64,000 nucleotides of DNA, from positions 1 to 64,000 of IMG/VR virus record IMGVR_UViG_3300021067_000006; one strand, written 5' to 3'. The notes under the pieces were generated by a model, which was not told the origin of the DNA, did no database searches, and was given only the letters and a program-made list of their open reading frames with translations. Source of the stretch: a virus. Of the stretch, positions 40,926-51,665 are shown piece by piece; position 1 is the first letter of the stretch, and each line of letters starts with the position of its first letter. Made by a program: the position numbers and the translations under genes.

Positions 40926-42174
40926 GTGTGCGGCGCGCGCGACCCCTCGAAAAGACGTGCGCACAACGCACACACCCACACTTCGGCCGCCGGGTCCCGC
41001 CGACCATCCGAGCAGCGCGACTCGAACAGCGGCTCGGCCGGCACCGCAGCGACCATCACGCGCCGGCACGGCGCACAGAACACGGGACCGCCGTGCGGCA
41101 CGAGCCATCCGACGATGAGGCACGAGCGCCCACCGAACACGCGGCCCGCCTCGACAGCCGACAGCCCACCGCCCGTGTTCGGTGACACCGGGCCAAAGCA
41201 GTCGACCTTGCTCGGTTGCCAGGCGAACAGGTCGAGCTGCCGATCGGACACCACGCGGCGCGACATCACTCCCGCAGCAGCACCGCCACCGCGCGCAGGC
41301 GCTCGGCGCGCCGCTCGAGTTGCTCTGCGCGCCGGTTGCCCGAGCCCTTGAGCTGCTGCTCGATGAGCTCAGCGAGCCGCTCGGCAAGCTGCGACGGGGC
41401 GAGCACAGCCGCAGCTTCGACGTCACCGATCACGCTCTCGACCACCCGCGCTTTCGTGACCCACTGGTCGGGCTTTTCGGGGTCGTCGTGCCAAACACCG
41501 CTTCGTGCGATCGACGCGAAGCGCCCATCGTCGAGCAGGTAGAGACGCTCGCCACCGAGCGAACCGCTGTCGTCGCCGGGCCCCTCGGTAAACCCATCTT
41601 CGAGCAGCACGCCGCGCGGCTCACGCGGATCAGCGTACATCCGTTCCTCTTGCCCACGAGCTCGCCGCATGCCCGCGACTTGAATCGCCGAGCAGAGCGC
41701 GGGCAGCGCCGGACGCACCGCCTCGACGATCGCGCGCATCGCGTCGCCCGCCGCACGCTCGGCCTCGGCACCCGCGGCGAGCTTCCGATCGTGCTGCGCC
41801 GCGAGCTCTTCGACTTGTCTCTTGCTGGTCATCGTCGTGCATCCTGAGTCGTGGTCGTCGCGCGCGCCGCTCACCCTGGCCTCGTCGGCTCGTCTTCGGA
41901 CATGAGCGCCTGAGCGCGCGCATCCTGCAGCGACGTGAGCGAGCGACCGCTGCGCACGCAAACGCCGTCGACGTAGAAGCTCGCGACGTAAACGCCGTTG
42001 CGCTTCGACGTGCGCACGCACGCCGTATCGCCGTGCTGGTCGAGCCATTCCATCTCGCGCCTGCAGGTCTCTGCGTTGCGCTCTGCGACCATGCGATGCA
42101 CGCGCTCCTGCACACTCTCGATCGAAACCGGGGCGCCGTTCGCCGAACGCCGATAGTTGCCGTCCATTGGGGGG

Positions 42175-42262
42175 AACCTTTCATGCCGCTCAGCGCGGCG
42201 TGTGAAACCGAGCTCAGCGCCCGGCGAGAGTCGACACTAGCTCATGATGCTCCGACGCGCAA
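42175..42262 (-). promoter_or_regulatory. early promoter cassette 4 with twin GCUGA hairpins
   Basis: TTGCGC(42257-62)-N17-TAGTGT(42234-39); hairpins 42208-24 and 42185-99. Confidence 0.75.
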
Positions 42263-42846
42263 GCTATTCGCTCTCACCGGGCGGAAGCGCGGGCATAGCC
42301 GCCGGTGCTTCCGCCACCTCGACGCCTGCAGCGTCGACCACACCCGGGTCGGGCATGCGCACAAGCATCAGCCGCACGCGGTCGAGCAGCCCAGTGCCCG
42401 GCACCCGCGCTTTCTCGAGCGCGGTCTGCGCCTCGATCGCTTCCGTCATCAGCCGCGTCGCAGCTTCAGCCTGCCGCTGCGCGACGGGCATGTCGCCCGA
42501 CAGCGCACGCACGGCGCGCATGAACGCCGTCACGACGATGCCCTCGAGCTGCGTGACACGCTTGCCTAACAACGCATTCCGCTCTTCTAGCTGCTGAAGT
42601 TTCCGAGCTTCCTGCCACGCGTTCCGTGAACGCTCGACGTCACCGCGTTGCTTGGCCTCGAGCAAATTGAGCGCACGCGCCGCGAAGCTGAGCTCGACAC
42701 GCGCAGCCTCCGAAGTTCCAGCGACGAGCGGGCGCGCGCGTTCTTCGAGCTCGAGCAGCTCACGACGCAAACGCTCGAGCTCGGAGCTCGGCTCGATGAT
42801 CGCGTTCGTCGGCGGCAGTAGTTTCGGCACGTCCGCCATGATGCCG

Positions 42847-43698
42847 TCACCGCTCTGCGATCTGCGCGGCGATGCTCTCCGCCGCACTCGTCCCGTAGTA
42901 ATCGCGCCCGGCGCGCAGCATGCCGCTCGCGCGTGCCTGCTCGCGCGCCATCCATGCAGCCATCAACGTGTCGCCCGTGTGCGCGTTCGGTGTGTACGCG
43001 AGCAGGTCGTCGACGAACGTCTGCACGCCCGGCGCGCAGCGCCCGCGCTCGTCCGCGGGGATGAGCCATGCACCGTTCTCGAGCTCAACGAGCAGCGACT
43101 CGACGCCGAACAGCGGGTTGCGCTTGTTGCGTGCAGACGTCTCGTGCGAGCGCACGCGCAGCGTCGCGTCGAGCTCGAGCGACCACTGCCTGAGGTAGTC
43201 CTGGAACGCGTTCGTCTCGATGCGCACGATCGACTCAAACCGATCGTGATGCGACCGCACGAGCTCGATGAGCGCGCGACCGCCCATGCGCCCCGAGTTG
43301 ACGTCGAGCACGAGGCGACGATTATCAGCGAGCACGGCGAACGTGAACACCGAGCAAAGGTCCGACCCCTTCCGGCGCGACGCGGCGAGGTCGACGCCGG
43401 TGAACGCACCGCCCCGTTCCCATCGCGCCTGCGGTCGGTCGTAGTCGAGCTCGCGCGCGCGTGCTTTCGCCGCTCGGATCCATTCGTCTTTGACGCGCGC
43501 GCTCGTGTCGTCGCGCGTCCGGTTGCCGTACGCACGCGCGAACTCCGAGCCGCCGCCCATCATCGTGCGGATCTCAACGAGCTTCTCGCGCGGGAACTTG
43601 CCCGGCCAAAGCGGCACGATGTCGTGCGCGTCGACCCAGCCAGCGCTCTCCGACGCCACAAGCGCCGCATCGCTCGGCGACAGCGCCGCTGGTTTCAC
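42847..43698 (-). CDS. terminase large subunit, C-terminal nuclease part
   Basis: 'PLWPGKF','FTGVDLA','IETNAFQ','HTGDTLMAAWMA'. Confidence 0.8.
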   Translation of the reverse strand: MKPAALSPSDAALVASESAGWVDAHDIVPLWPGKFPREKLVEIRTMMGGGSEFARAYGNRTRDDTSARVKDEWIRAAKARARELDYDRPQARWERGGAFTGVDLAASRRKGSDLCSVFTFAVLADNRRLVLDVNSGRMGGRALIELVRSHHDRFESIVRIETNAFQDYLRQWSLELDATLRVRSHETSARNKRNPLFGVESLLVELENGAWLIPADERGRCAPGVQTFVDDLLAYTPNAHTGDTLMAAWMAREQARASGMLRAGRDYYGTSAAESIAAQIAER

Positions 43699-44642
43699 AG
43701 CGCCCCCGCGCGCATCTCTTCGGCGGCTTGCTCGATGAGCTCACGCCGATCATTCGCGACGAGTCGATGCACTCCCGAGTCGCCGCCGATGAGCGACGGT
43801 CGAATGTCGGGCGAATCGAAGTCGTCGGCGTTCTTGAAAAAGACGTTGCCCCACGCGTCCATGCTGCAGCTCGGCCATCCGATTTTCTCGAGCTCGTACG
43901 TGACATCCTCCGGATGCCATGGCGTGTTCGTCACGCAGCAGCGCGCGCCCTTCTCGCCGAGCCGCGTGACCACCGTCGAAAGTACCCACTTGTTTACCTT
44001 GCGACGCTGCTCCGCGGTGCTCGTGTTCTGCTCATCGAGGATGTCGTCGACGTTCGCCCAGTTCAGGCGCGAGCCCGGTAGGCGCTTGCTATCGAGCCCG
44101 AGCGCGACGCACGATGGATCGCGAATGCCGTACGGTCGATCGATCGTGATGGCCGTCTGCGTCCACGGCTCTCCGTCGCGCTGCGTCGGCAGAAGCTGCG
44201 GGTAAACGAGCCGGAGCTCCGGGCTATCCTCGATGTACGAACGCACGGCGAGCAGCGGCTTGCTCGCCTGATCTTCGCTGCTCGAGATGAACGCGCCGCG
44301 CGTCGTCTTGCTTTTCCCGAGCTGCCACAACGTGAGCCCAGTCATGCAGAACGACTTAGAAAACCCGACGGGCAAACGCAGCACCGTAAACGGGTAGTGC
44401 CGCACGAAGTCGAACAGCACGCGCTGATGCGGCAGCGTCACGATACGCACGCGCGTTGTCTCCTCGCGCATCACGTACCCAAAAAAGTGCTTTGGGCTCT
44501 CACGCGCGAGCGCGACGCGCCGCATGTTCCACTCGACTAGCAGCCGCTCCTCATCCGACAGCGCGGCGAGCCGCGAGAACGGCGCGCCGCGCGGCGGGTT
44601 GTGAATGCTGTCGAGGTACTGCTCGGGGCTCGGCTGTGCCAT
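43695..44642 (-). CDS. terminase large subunit, N-terminal ATPase part
   Basis: 'LPHQ', Walker A-like 'LPVGFSKS', Walker B 'ANVDDILD', motif III 'VTNTPWH'. Confidence 0.85.
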   Translation of the reverse strand: MAQPSPEQYLDSIHNPPRGAPFSRLAALSDEERLLVEWNMRRVALARESPKHFFGYVMREETTRVRIVTLPHQRVLFDFVRHYPFTVLRLPVGFSKSFCMTGLTLWQLGKSKTTRGAFISSSEDQASKPLLAVRSYIEDSPELRLVYPQLLPTQRDGEPWTQTAITIDRPYGIRDPSCVALGLDSKRLPGSRLNWANVDDILDEQNTSTAEQRRKVNKWVLSTVVTRLGEKGARCCVTNTPWHPEDVTYELEKIGWPSCSMDAWGNVFFKNADDFDSPDIRPSLIGGDSGVHRLVANDRRELIEQAAEEMRAGAL

Positions 44643-44717
44643 CGGTCCGGTGCGCTGTTCCTTTCGGACGGCGCGCCCGGGGATAGCGCAGGAGAGGGGG
44701 CTCCCGAGTCGCTGAGC

Positions 44718-45290
44718 TTAGCTCGACTCTGGACGCCACGCGCGTAGCTGCGCGAGGACACGCAGATACGTCGCCCGCCGAGCGCCGACGTCGCGCAGGC
44801 TACCCGAGCAGCCGCGCCCGCCGTACGCCGAGAAGACACGGTCGATCCACTGCTCGCCGCCGTGCGCCTCGAACGAGCGGCAGAGCCACCGCGCTCGCGT
44901 GATCGCCCGCACCGCGGCGCCCGCGGCAACGCTCGTCGGCTGCAGGCCTGCACCGACGAGCGCGTCGAACACCTCGTCGGAAACGACAGCGCCGCGTTGC
45001 AGCTGCCAAGGGCTTCGCGCCCGGCCGCGGTCGCACTCCCACGGCTTGCACTGCCCCTCGTGAATCCTCAGCGAGAAGCGCGATTCCGAGTCGCCGATGG
45101 TGATCGCGAACGCGGCTAGCTGCTCACGCGGCCACGGCCAGCGAGGCTCAGCCTGCACCGCGACGGCGAGCGCATCGGCGACGACCGCGAGCTGCGCACG
45201 CTTGAGCTCGTGGTGCTCGCGATCTTCGTGGAACACAGGTCGGGCGAGGAGCGCGGCGAGGATCGCGCCGGCTGCGATGGTGCTGGACAT
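44718..45290 (-). CDS. SLT/lysozyme-like protein (possible endolysin)
   Basis: 'IGDSESRF..GRARSPWQL..AYGG' resembles the ES..GxxQ..AY lytic transglycosylase pattern; hydrophobic N-term. Confidence 0.45.
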   Translation of the reverse strand: MSSTIAAGAILAALLARPVFHEDREHHELKRAQLAVVADALAVAVQAEPRWPWPREQLAAFAITIGDSESRFSLRIHEGQCKPWECDRGRARSPWQLQRGAVVSDEVFDALVGAGLQPTSVAAGAAVRAITRARWLCRSFEAHGGEQWIDRVFSAYGGRGCSGSLRDVGARRATYLRVLAQLRAWRPESS

Positions 45291-45299
45291 GCCCGGGGT

Positions 45300-45872
45300 C
45301 TACTCCGCTTCGGCCGCCTGCGGGGGTTGACCGTCGTACAGCACATCCGGCTGCGACGCGCGCTGCCCGCTCGACACGAGCGTCGTCGTGGAAGTCGGCT
45401 GCTCCGCCGCCGCTGTCGCCCGCGAACCACGACGAGCGCGCTCGCGCACGAACTCCGGCGCCGCCGGGATCTCCCTTCCGTTCTTCGCTGCACGCACCGC
45501 GCGACGTGTCCACGCGAGCACCTCGGCCCTCTGACTCTGAGACCACGCCCGGATCGTAGAGATGGACGGCGGTCGCTCGAGCACTTCAGAAAGCCTCTGC
45601 TTAAGCAGAATGGGTTCGTCGATGGTGGCCTCGACACCATCGACACGAGCCGCCGTCACACGCGTCTCGGTTGCAGGCGTCGCATTGAGTTGCTGCGCCG
45701 AGAACTTGAGCAGCGCTCCGTTCTCGGCGAACACCACTTCGGCGTCGAGCGGTTGCGCCCTAAGGTGCTCGGGAATCATGTCGAGCGTGCGCGCACCCGC
45801 GATGATCGCATCGGTCAATTCGGCCATCGAAAGCACGATCGCATCGCGCAATACAGGATTACGTTCGGTCAT
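45300..45872 (-). CDS. hypothetical protein
   Basis: CATCAT-N7-ATG. Confidence 0.55.
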   Translation of the reverse strand: MTERNPVLRDAIVLSMAELTDAIIAGARTLDMIPEHLRAQPLDAEVVFAENGALLKFSAQQLNATPATETRVTAARVDGVEATIDEPILLKQRLSEVLERPPSISTIRAWSQSQRAEVLAWTRRAVRAAKNGREIPAAPEFVRERARRGSRATAAAEQPTSTTTLVSSGQRASQPDVLYDGQPPQAAEAE

Positions 45873-46537
45873 GGCGTCGATGATGCCACGACACCCGGCA
45901 CATCGATCACGTCACGGCCTGCCGCACGCATCAGCTCGCGCTGCTCGATGATGGCGCGCTCGCGCTCTTCTGCAGTCATGCCCGCGAGCACGGAAACGAG
46001 CGACGCAGCGAGACCCTCATCGCCGGTGAGATGCACGCGCCTCGGTGCGATCGTCCCGGTGATATCGGCGAGCAGCCGCTCGTGCTGATTCACGCTCGAC
46101 CACGGCACCTTCGCCGAACTGCGCATGCGCAGCAGGTCGTTCTGCAAACGCTCGACCTGCTCCGCTGCGATCGTCGCGCGCCGGTCTTTGTACTCGGCAT
46201 GCAGGTCCGCACGGATCTCCTGCATGCGCAGCTGCACGGTGCGCAGCGACAACCGATGCCGAACGAACGCGAGCTCGGCCGCGCAGTGCGGGCACTGCGT
46301 GACGTCGACCGGAACCCGTCGACCACACGAGCCGACGCAATCGCGCGTGTTGACGATCTCGGCAACGCGCGTCGACGGCGCGCCCGACAGCATCAGGCTC
46401 GCAACGAGCAGCCGAACCGCTTCGGTCGACTCCTCACCCTCGGCGCCGCCCGTGCCGCCCGTGCCGCGTGAGTTAGCCGGCGGAAGGGACTTCGGGGCCG
46501 GTGCTCGCGGTACTCGCATCCTGCGAGGGTAGCTCAC
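45869..46537 (-). CDS. terminase small subunit candidate (HTH with inserted Zn ribbon)
   Basis: upstream of TerL; HTH-like 'STRVAEI..LSLRTVQ', CxxxC..CPHC, helical body. Confidence 0.45.
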   Translation of the reverse strand: MSYPRRMRVPRAPAPKSLPPANSRGTGGTGGAEGEESTEAVRLLVASLMLSGAPSTRVAEIVNTRDCVGSCGRRVPVDVTQCPHCAAELAFVRHRLSLRTVQLRMQEIRADLHAEYKDRRATIAAEQVERLQNDLLRMRSSAKVPWSSVNQHERLLADITGTIAPRRVHLTGDEGLAASLVSVLAGMTAEERERAIIEQRELMRAAGRDVIDVPGVVASSTP

Positions 46538-47092
46538 GATTCAAGATGCGCAGCAGCTCACGTTTCTGCTCACCGCCCGGCAGCGCCGCAGCAGCGCCGC
46601 GAATCGCCTCGAGCCAGTCGGTGCGCACGAGCTCGAGCGCGACCATCTCGCGGCCACTATTCGGCTCGCCGTGCAGAAACTCGTAACCGATCTCGACCAT
46701 CTGAACGGTGCCGTCGACGAACGGCACCGTCATCGACAGCCGCCCCCGCCTCACGACGAGGCCGAGCCCGGCGTTCCAATCGAGAAACGCCGTCACGTCG
46801 CAGCCTCGAGCATCCCGATCGCGCTGTCGAGCGACGCTCGGAGCCAACGCGCCTCGTCCAGGTCGAGCGTGATCCGCCCGACGAGCTCCGATTCGAGCGG
46901 CCGCCCGCTGCCGTCAACGCCCGTCTCGACCAGCTCGATGACACCCGCAAAGCTGCCCGTCTGCAACCTCACGAACAGCCGCGCAGGGTGATGCGAGACG
47001 GGCCTTGTCGCGCGTGTCCACTCGTGCGCCCCGAGCTCGTCGCAGTATCGCGGTTCGGTCTGCTCTTGCATCAAGTCGATGATGCCGGGCCG

Positions 47093-47114
47093 TTTGGAAT
47101 CGCGCGATTGCATA
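47093..47114. repeat. 22-bp palindrome copy 6
   Basis: TTTGGAATCGCGCGATTGCATA. Confidence 0.8.
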
Positions 47115-47124
47115 CGGGCCGTGG

Positions 47125-47601
47125 TCAAAGACCGTACGCGGAAACCCTCACGCGAATCGTTCCCGGTGTGCCGACCGCGCCGACCTCGGCCTTGAGGAGC
47201 CGAAACAGCCGCGCACCCGCGGGCACGCGGAAGTCGGTCGCGAGCGCGTGCTCCGCCGCGCCGACGACCGGGCCGAGCACCTGCTCGGCGTACGCCTTGC
47301 GCGTCGCGTACGGCTCCGCCGCAACGACGCTGCCCTCGCTCGTCATCGAGCTAAACCCGAGCGCCGACTCATCGAATCCCCACTGCGGCCGCAGCGTGTA
47401 ACTCCCGCCGGCGGCGCCGCCCGTGTAGTTGATCCCAACGAGCACGAATCGCGCGCCGAGCGGCAGCTCGAGCCAATCGGGGTCATCGAACGCGCCGGCC
47501 GCAGGCAGCGCTGCGCTCGGATAGAGCTCGACCAGGGTCGAGCTCGGCTGGTCGAGCGTGAGCCTGCGGTCGGTGAACCCGGGAATACGCCTTGTCGCCA
47601 C
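47125..47601 (-). CDS. hypothetical beta-rich protein
   Basis: TAGGCT-N6-GTG start. Confidence 0.5.
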   Translation of the reverse strand: MATRRIPGFTDRRLTLDQPSSTLVELYPSAALPAAGAFDDPDWLELPLGARFVLVGINYTGGAAGGSYTLRPQWGFDESALGFSSMTSEGSVVAAEPYATRKAYAEQVLGPVVGAAEHALATDFRVPAGARLFRLLKAEVGAVGTPGTIRVRVSAYGL

Positions 47602-48288
47602 GCGACCAGCCTATCAGGCGTTGAAGTTTTGCGCGACGCCCGTGCCCAACGTCAGCTTGCGCGCGGGAAAGCAGTAACCGACCTCCTGCGGCAACTCACG
47701 GCGCAGCACCAGGTCGACCGCGTCGAGCAGGTTGAAGTCGTGCTGACGCTGATTCTGCCACCGCACGTAACAGCCAAGGCACCACACGCCGACGTCGATG
47801 AGCCGCGGCGCCTCGCGTACCAAGCGCGGCCCTCGCCGGCACTGCCTCACCCTGCGCAGCGGCAACGCCTCGGCGTCGTACAACTCGACCTCGACGCAGG
47901 TCTGCCCGTCAATCTCGGAACGCTGCGCTTGAATGAGATACCGCGAACAGATCGCCGGCGCCTGCCTCGGCACCTCGAGCAACAGCGTCCCGTGCCGACC
48001 GACCACACGGTATATCGGCACGGCGTCGATCACGGCGTACCCCATGCGCGAGCACGCAACGCGAGCACCGAACCGAGCGCATGCACTTCGATGCGAACGA
48101 ACGCCACGACGCGACCGCGTCGCATGGCATACGCGCCACACGCGACGCAGCGTGCGACGCGCGCTGCTGTAAGCGGCCTCGAGCAGTACGGGCACAGGGT
48201 CGTCGGCATTCCGGCGCATCTTGCCCGACAGCGCGAACGCGCATCAAGAGCAGAAACGCAACGCGCTGGAAAATTGGGGGTGTAAGTC

Positions 48289-50367
48289 CTACCGGAACCG
48301 GTCGAGGAACGGCTCGACCGCAGCAATCGAACGCGCCCGCGGCATGTGCGGCAACGCCTCGATGAACTTCGCGCCGTAGGGCTTCGTCACCATCCGCCGA
48401 TCGCACACCACCACGACGCCGTAATCGCTCACCGAACGGATCAACCGGCCGACCCCCTGCCGCATGCGCAGCACCGCGCGCGGCAGGTAATAGTTCCGGA
48501 ACCACCGCGAGTCGACGGCCTTGCGCGCATCGAGCACCGGGTCGGATACAGGATCGAACGGCAGCCGGTCAATGAGCAGCGCGGTCAGCGACTCACCCGG
48601 CACGTCGACGCCTTCCCAAAGGGACTCGGTGCCGAGCAGCACGCTGTCACGCTCGCGCCGGAACTGATCGACCAACTGCGTGCGCGGCGCATCGCCCTGG
48701 CACAGCACGGGATAGGGGAGCCCCGCCCGCATCAACCGATCGCGCACCGCGTTCAACACGCGATAGCTCGTGAACAACCCGAGCGTGCGGCCGCGCGCGA
48801 CTTCAACGAGCTCGACCAGCGCGCCGCTTACCTCGGCCGCGAACGCTTGGTTGTTCGGGTCGCAGAGCGGCGGGGTCACGAGCAGGCATCGCGAGTAATC
48901 GAAAGGGCTCTCGACAGCGAGCCACGCGAAATCATCGACGCCGAGCTCAGCCGCAACGAACTCGAACCCGTCTTCGCCCGGGCCATCAGCGAGCGTCGCC
49001 GACACGAGCGCCGCACGCTTCGGCGATTCCTTCGACTCCCACAGCCCACGCCGCAGAAACCCCGCGGCGGTCATTGGCTCGGCAACGAGCGACACCATCG
49101 TGCCGCCGGGGCGTGTCTCGTTCTCGACGAAGTAGACCCATTCCTCGCCATCGAGCAGCTCACGCGCTGCCGCGATGAGGCCCGCGTGCCGCAGGCAGAG
49201 GTCGCGCCGCTGCCTCAGAAACTCGCGGCCCGCCGCCGGCGTGCCGCCGTTCTCGGATGCATCACCAAGCCTCGTCGCCGCGAGGCGCATCAGGCGCTCG
49301 AGCTCGGAGCCGTCGAACATGCGCTCGCAGTCGAGCCGCGCCTCGTACCGCTTCGACATCTCGAGCTGCGCGAGCTCATAAAAAAAGGCGTCGGCTGCGC
49401 CGAGCACCTCGTTACGCAGGTCGGGGTCGATGTTGCGCGGTACGCCGAGCCGCTCGGCTCGTTTGGTACCACCGACGAGCAGGTCGACCGCGGTGCGCGC
49501 GCCGCCCGGCGAAAGCCTGCGGGCGAAGTATTGGCGCGCGATGTCACCCGCACGGTGCGCCTCATCGAATACCAAGTTGCTGTGCAACGGAAGCACGCCG
49601 CGCGCACCTCCCATTCGCAGCTCAAGATCGATGAAATACAGGTGATAATTCGTGACGACGATGTCGACCTGCTCGAGCTGCTTGCGCGCCACGCGCGGGA
49701 AGCACGAGCCGTCGTTGTAGTGCATGCACTTTTTGCCGAGGCAGTCCTCGCTCGACACCGTCACCGCGCGGCGCACGCTCGGCATGAGCTCGAACGGCAG
49801 CTCGGAAATGTCGCCGAGCTCGCTGCCCTCCGCCCACTCGATCACGCGCTCGAGTTGCTGCTGCTCACGCAGCACCGGCAGGCGCTTGCCGATCAGCCGC
49901 TCGTTCTGCGCGACGTCGAGCGCCTCACGGCAAGCGTAGTTCTGGAACCCTTTGGCGATCGCAAACGTGAAGCCAACCCCCTCGACGCCGAACGCGCGCT
50001 GCAGCATCGGCAGGTCTTTCCCGACGAGCTGTTCCTGCAGCGCGATGTTCGCGGTCGCGACGATCGTACGCTCGTGCCGCGCGAGCGCCGCGCGCACTGC
50101 CGGCACGAGGTACGCGACCGACTTGCCGACGCCCGTCGGTCCCTCGGCGAGCAGCGTACGCTGCCCGTCGAGCTCGCCCGAGAAGATGCGGTCGACCGCC
50201 GACGAGAGCAGCACCTGCCCCTCGCGTTTCCGGTAACCACTCACCTCAGCAGCAAGGGGCCCGCCTTCTGCGAACATCGCCTCGACGTCGAAGTCGTGCA
50301 CCTCGCGCGTGAGCGACGGGGACAACTCCACGTCGTCGGGGTCGATGTCTTCGGCTGATAAGGTCAC
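48289..50367 (-). CDS. dinG: DinG/YoaA-family helicase
   Basis: 'REGQ','EGPTGVGKS','LQEQL', Fe-S Cys cluster,'FDEAH','SATL','EGVDVPG','QGVGRLIR'. Confidence 0.92.
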   Translation of the reverse strand: MTLSAEDIDPDDVELSPSLTREVHDFDVEAMFAEGGPLAAEVSGYRKREGQVLLSSAVDRIFSGELDGQRTLLAEGPTGVGKSVAYLVPAVRAALARHERTIVATANIALQEQLVGKDLPMLQRAFGVEGVGFTFAIAKGFQNYACREALDVAQNERLIGKRLPVLREQQQLERVIEWAEGSELGDISELPFELMPSVRRAVTVSSEDCLGKKCMHYNDGSCFPRVARKQLEQVDIVVTNYHLYFIDLELRMGGARGVLPLHSNLVFDEAHRAGDIARQYFARRLSPGGARTAVDLLVGGTKRAERLGVPRNIDPDLRNEVLGAADAFFYELAQLEMSKRYEARLDCERMFDGSELERLMRLAATRLGDASENGGTPAAGREFLRQRRDLCLRHAGLIAAARELLDGEEWVYFVENETRPGGTMVSLVAEPMTAAGFLRRGLWESKESPKRAALVSATLADGPGEDGFEFVAAELGVDDFAWLAVESPFDYSRCLLVTPPLCDPNNQAFAAEVSGALVELVEVARGRTLGLFTSYRVLNAVRDRLMRAGLPYPVLCQGDAPRTQLVDQFRRERDSVLLGTESLWEGVDVPGESLTALLIDRLPFDPVSDPVLDARKAVDSRWFRNYYLPRAVLRMRQGVGRLIRSVSDYGVVVVCDRRMVTKPYGAKFIEALPHMPRARSIAAVEPFLDRFR

Positions 50368-50762
50368 GGCTCGAGAATGCCGCGACGCCTGCGAAGCTCA
50401 AGGGCCTGCTCGACTGCTGCGCTCAAGTCTTCGACCAGAAACGGTTTGTAAAGCACGACGCAGCCGATCTGCTTTAGAAACGCCTCTTGATGGATCCGGT
50501 TCAAGCCTGAGATAACGACGACCGCGACGTCGCTGTACTCGGAACGAACGCGGCGCACGAGCTCGAGCCCGCCGTACGGCATGACCCAATCGGTCACGAG
50601 CACATCGACGTCGTCGCGCGCAGCAAGACGCTCGAGAACCTCGAGCCCGTCGACGGCTTTCTCGATCTGAAAAGCGTGCGCGAGCACGCGCTCGAGCGCT
50701 CGCAACACAAGCGGCTCATCATCGGCGACGAGTAGCACGCGCAAAGGGTGGGAAGCGGACAC
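50364..50762 (-). CDS. single-domain response regulator (CheY-like receiver)
   Basis: 'LLVADDEP','VTDWVMP','VISG','YKPF'. Confidence 0.88.
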   Translation of the reverse strand: MSASHPLRVLLVADDEPLVLRALERVLAHAFQIEKAVDGLEVLERLAARDDVDVLVTDWVMPYGGLELVRRVRSEYSDVAVVVISGLNRIHQEAFLKQIGCVVLYKPFLVEDLSAAVEQALELRRRRGILEP

Positions 50763-51665
50763 CCGGCCAATCGTATCAGCGCGGCTCGAATGGGTCCCGA
50801 TGCGCGTGCTGCGCAGCGAACTGGCGGATGCGCGCCCGCACCCGCCCGGACATGCAGAGCCCCTGCCACGTCGCGCCGCAAACCGTGCATTCGCACCAGT
50901 ACCGCTGCCCGTCCGACTCACCCGAGGCCGGGTCGATTACCCGCTGCTCGTGCCGCCCGCGCACGTGAGGGAACCCAAGCGGGCTCCACTCAACGACGGC
51001 CACCGGGGAAGGCCTCGCGATAGACGCGCTCGAGATTGACGCGAGCGCCAGCCGACTCGACGTCATCGGCGCTGAGGAACTTCCCGAGCGCGTCGAGCAC
51101 CGCGTCGACGCGCTGGCGATCATGGTTCATCCTGGCGAAAGCTTCGGCGAGATCCTGCTCGCGGCGCGTCGCCTCGGCCAACGCGGCCGAGTAGAAGTCG
51201 ACCGCCGCGACGAGCGCGTTGCTGCCGCGCAGCTCGAGCGCCATTGGACCGCGCCCGGTCACCGCCGCACCTCGCGCACCACGCGAACACCGCCGCGCTC
51301 GAGCGCGTGCTCGACCTCGGCAGCCTCGCGCACGGTCATCCCGCCGCCGGCCGGCGCGCTCCAAAAGTCGGGCATCAGATCGGTCACGCTCCAATCATGC
51401 TGCGCCTGCTCGGCGAGCAGCTCGGGCTCCGTCGCCGGCCCCGGCCAATCGCGCTCGAGCCACTCATACCCGCGCGCGAAGCCCTGCTCGTACGAGCCCT
51501 CGGCCAGCGCGACCGCGAACGCCTCCCACTCGTCGGCGGTAGCATCGGGGCGGTACCGCCGAAACATCAGCACCTCGTCGCGCAACCGGCGCGGCGCACG
51601 CGGTCCCTCGTGATAGCGGCTGATGAATCGCTCGAGCAGATGCAGCAGCCAACGGCCGGCGCGCG

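Noticed and set aside
37394-42262. GGCTCAGCGCC repeats as a CRISPR array
   Set aside because: Only two short units per locus, loci kilobases apart, each tied to a promoter and RBS; no cas genes
48346-50358. Long plus-strand ORFs (also 1277-2662, 28820-30787, 53026-54540, 59572-61791)
   Set aside because: Antisense shadows of well-supported minus-strand genes, expected at high GC
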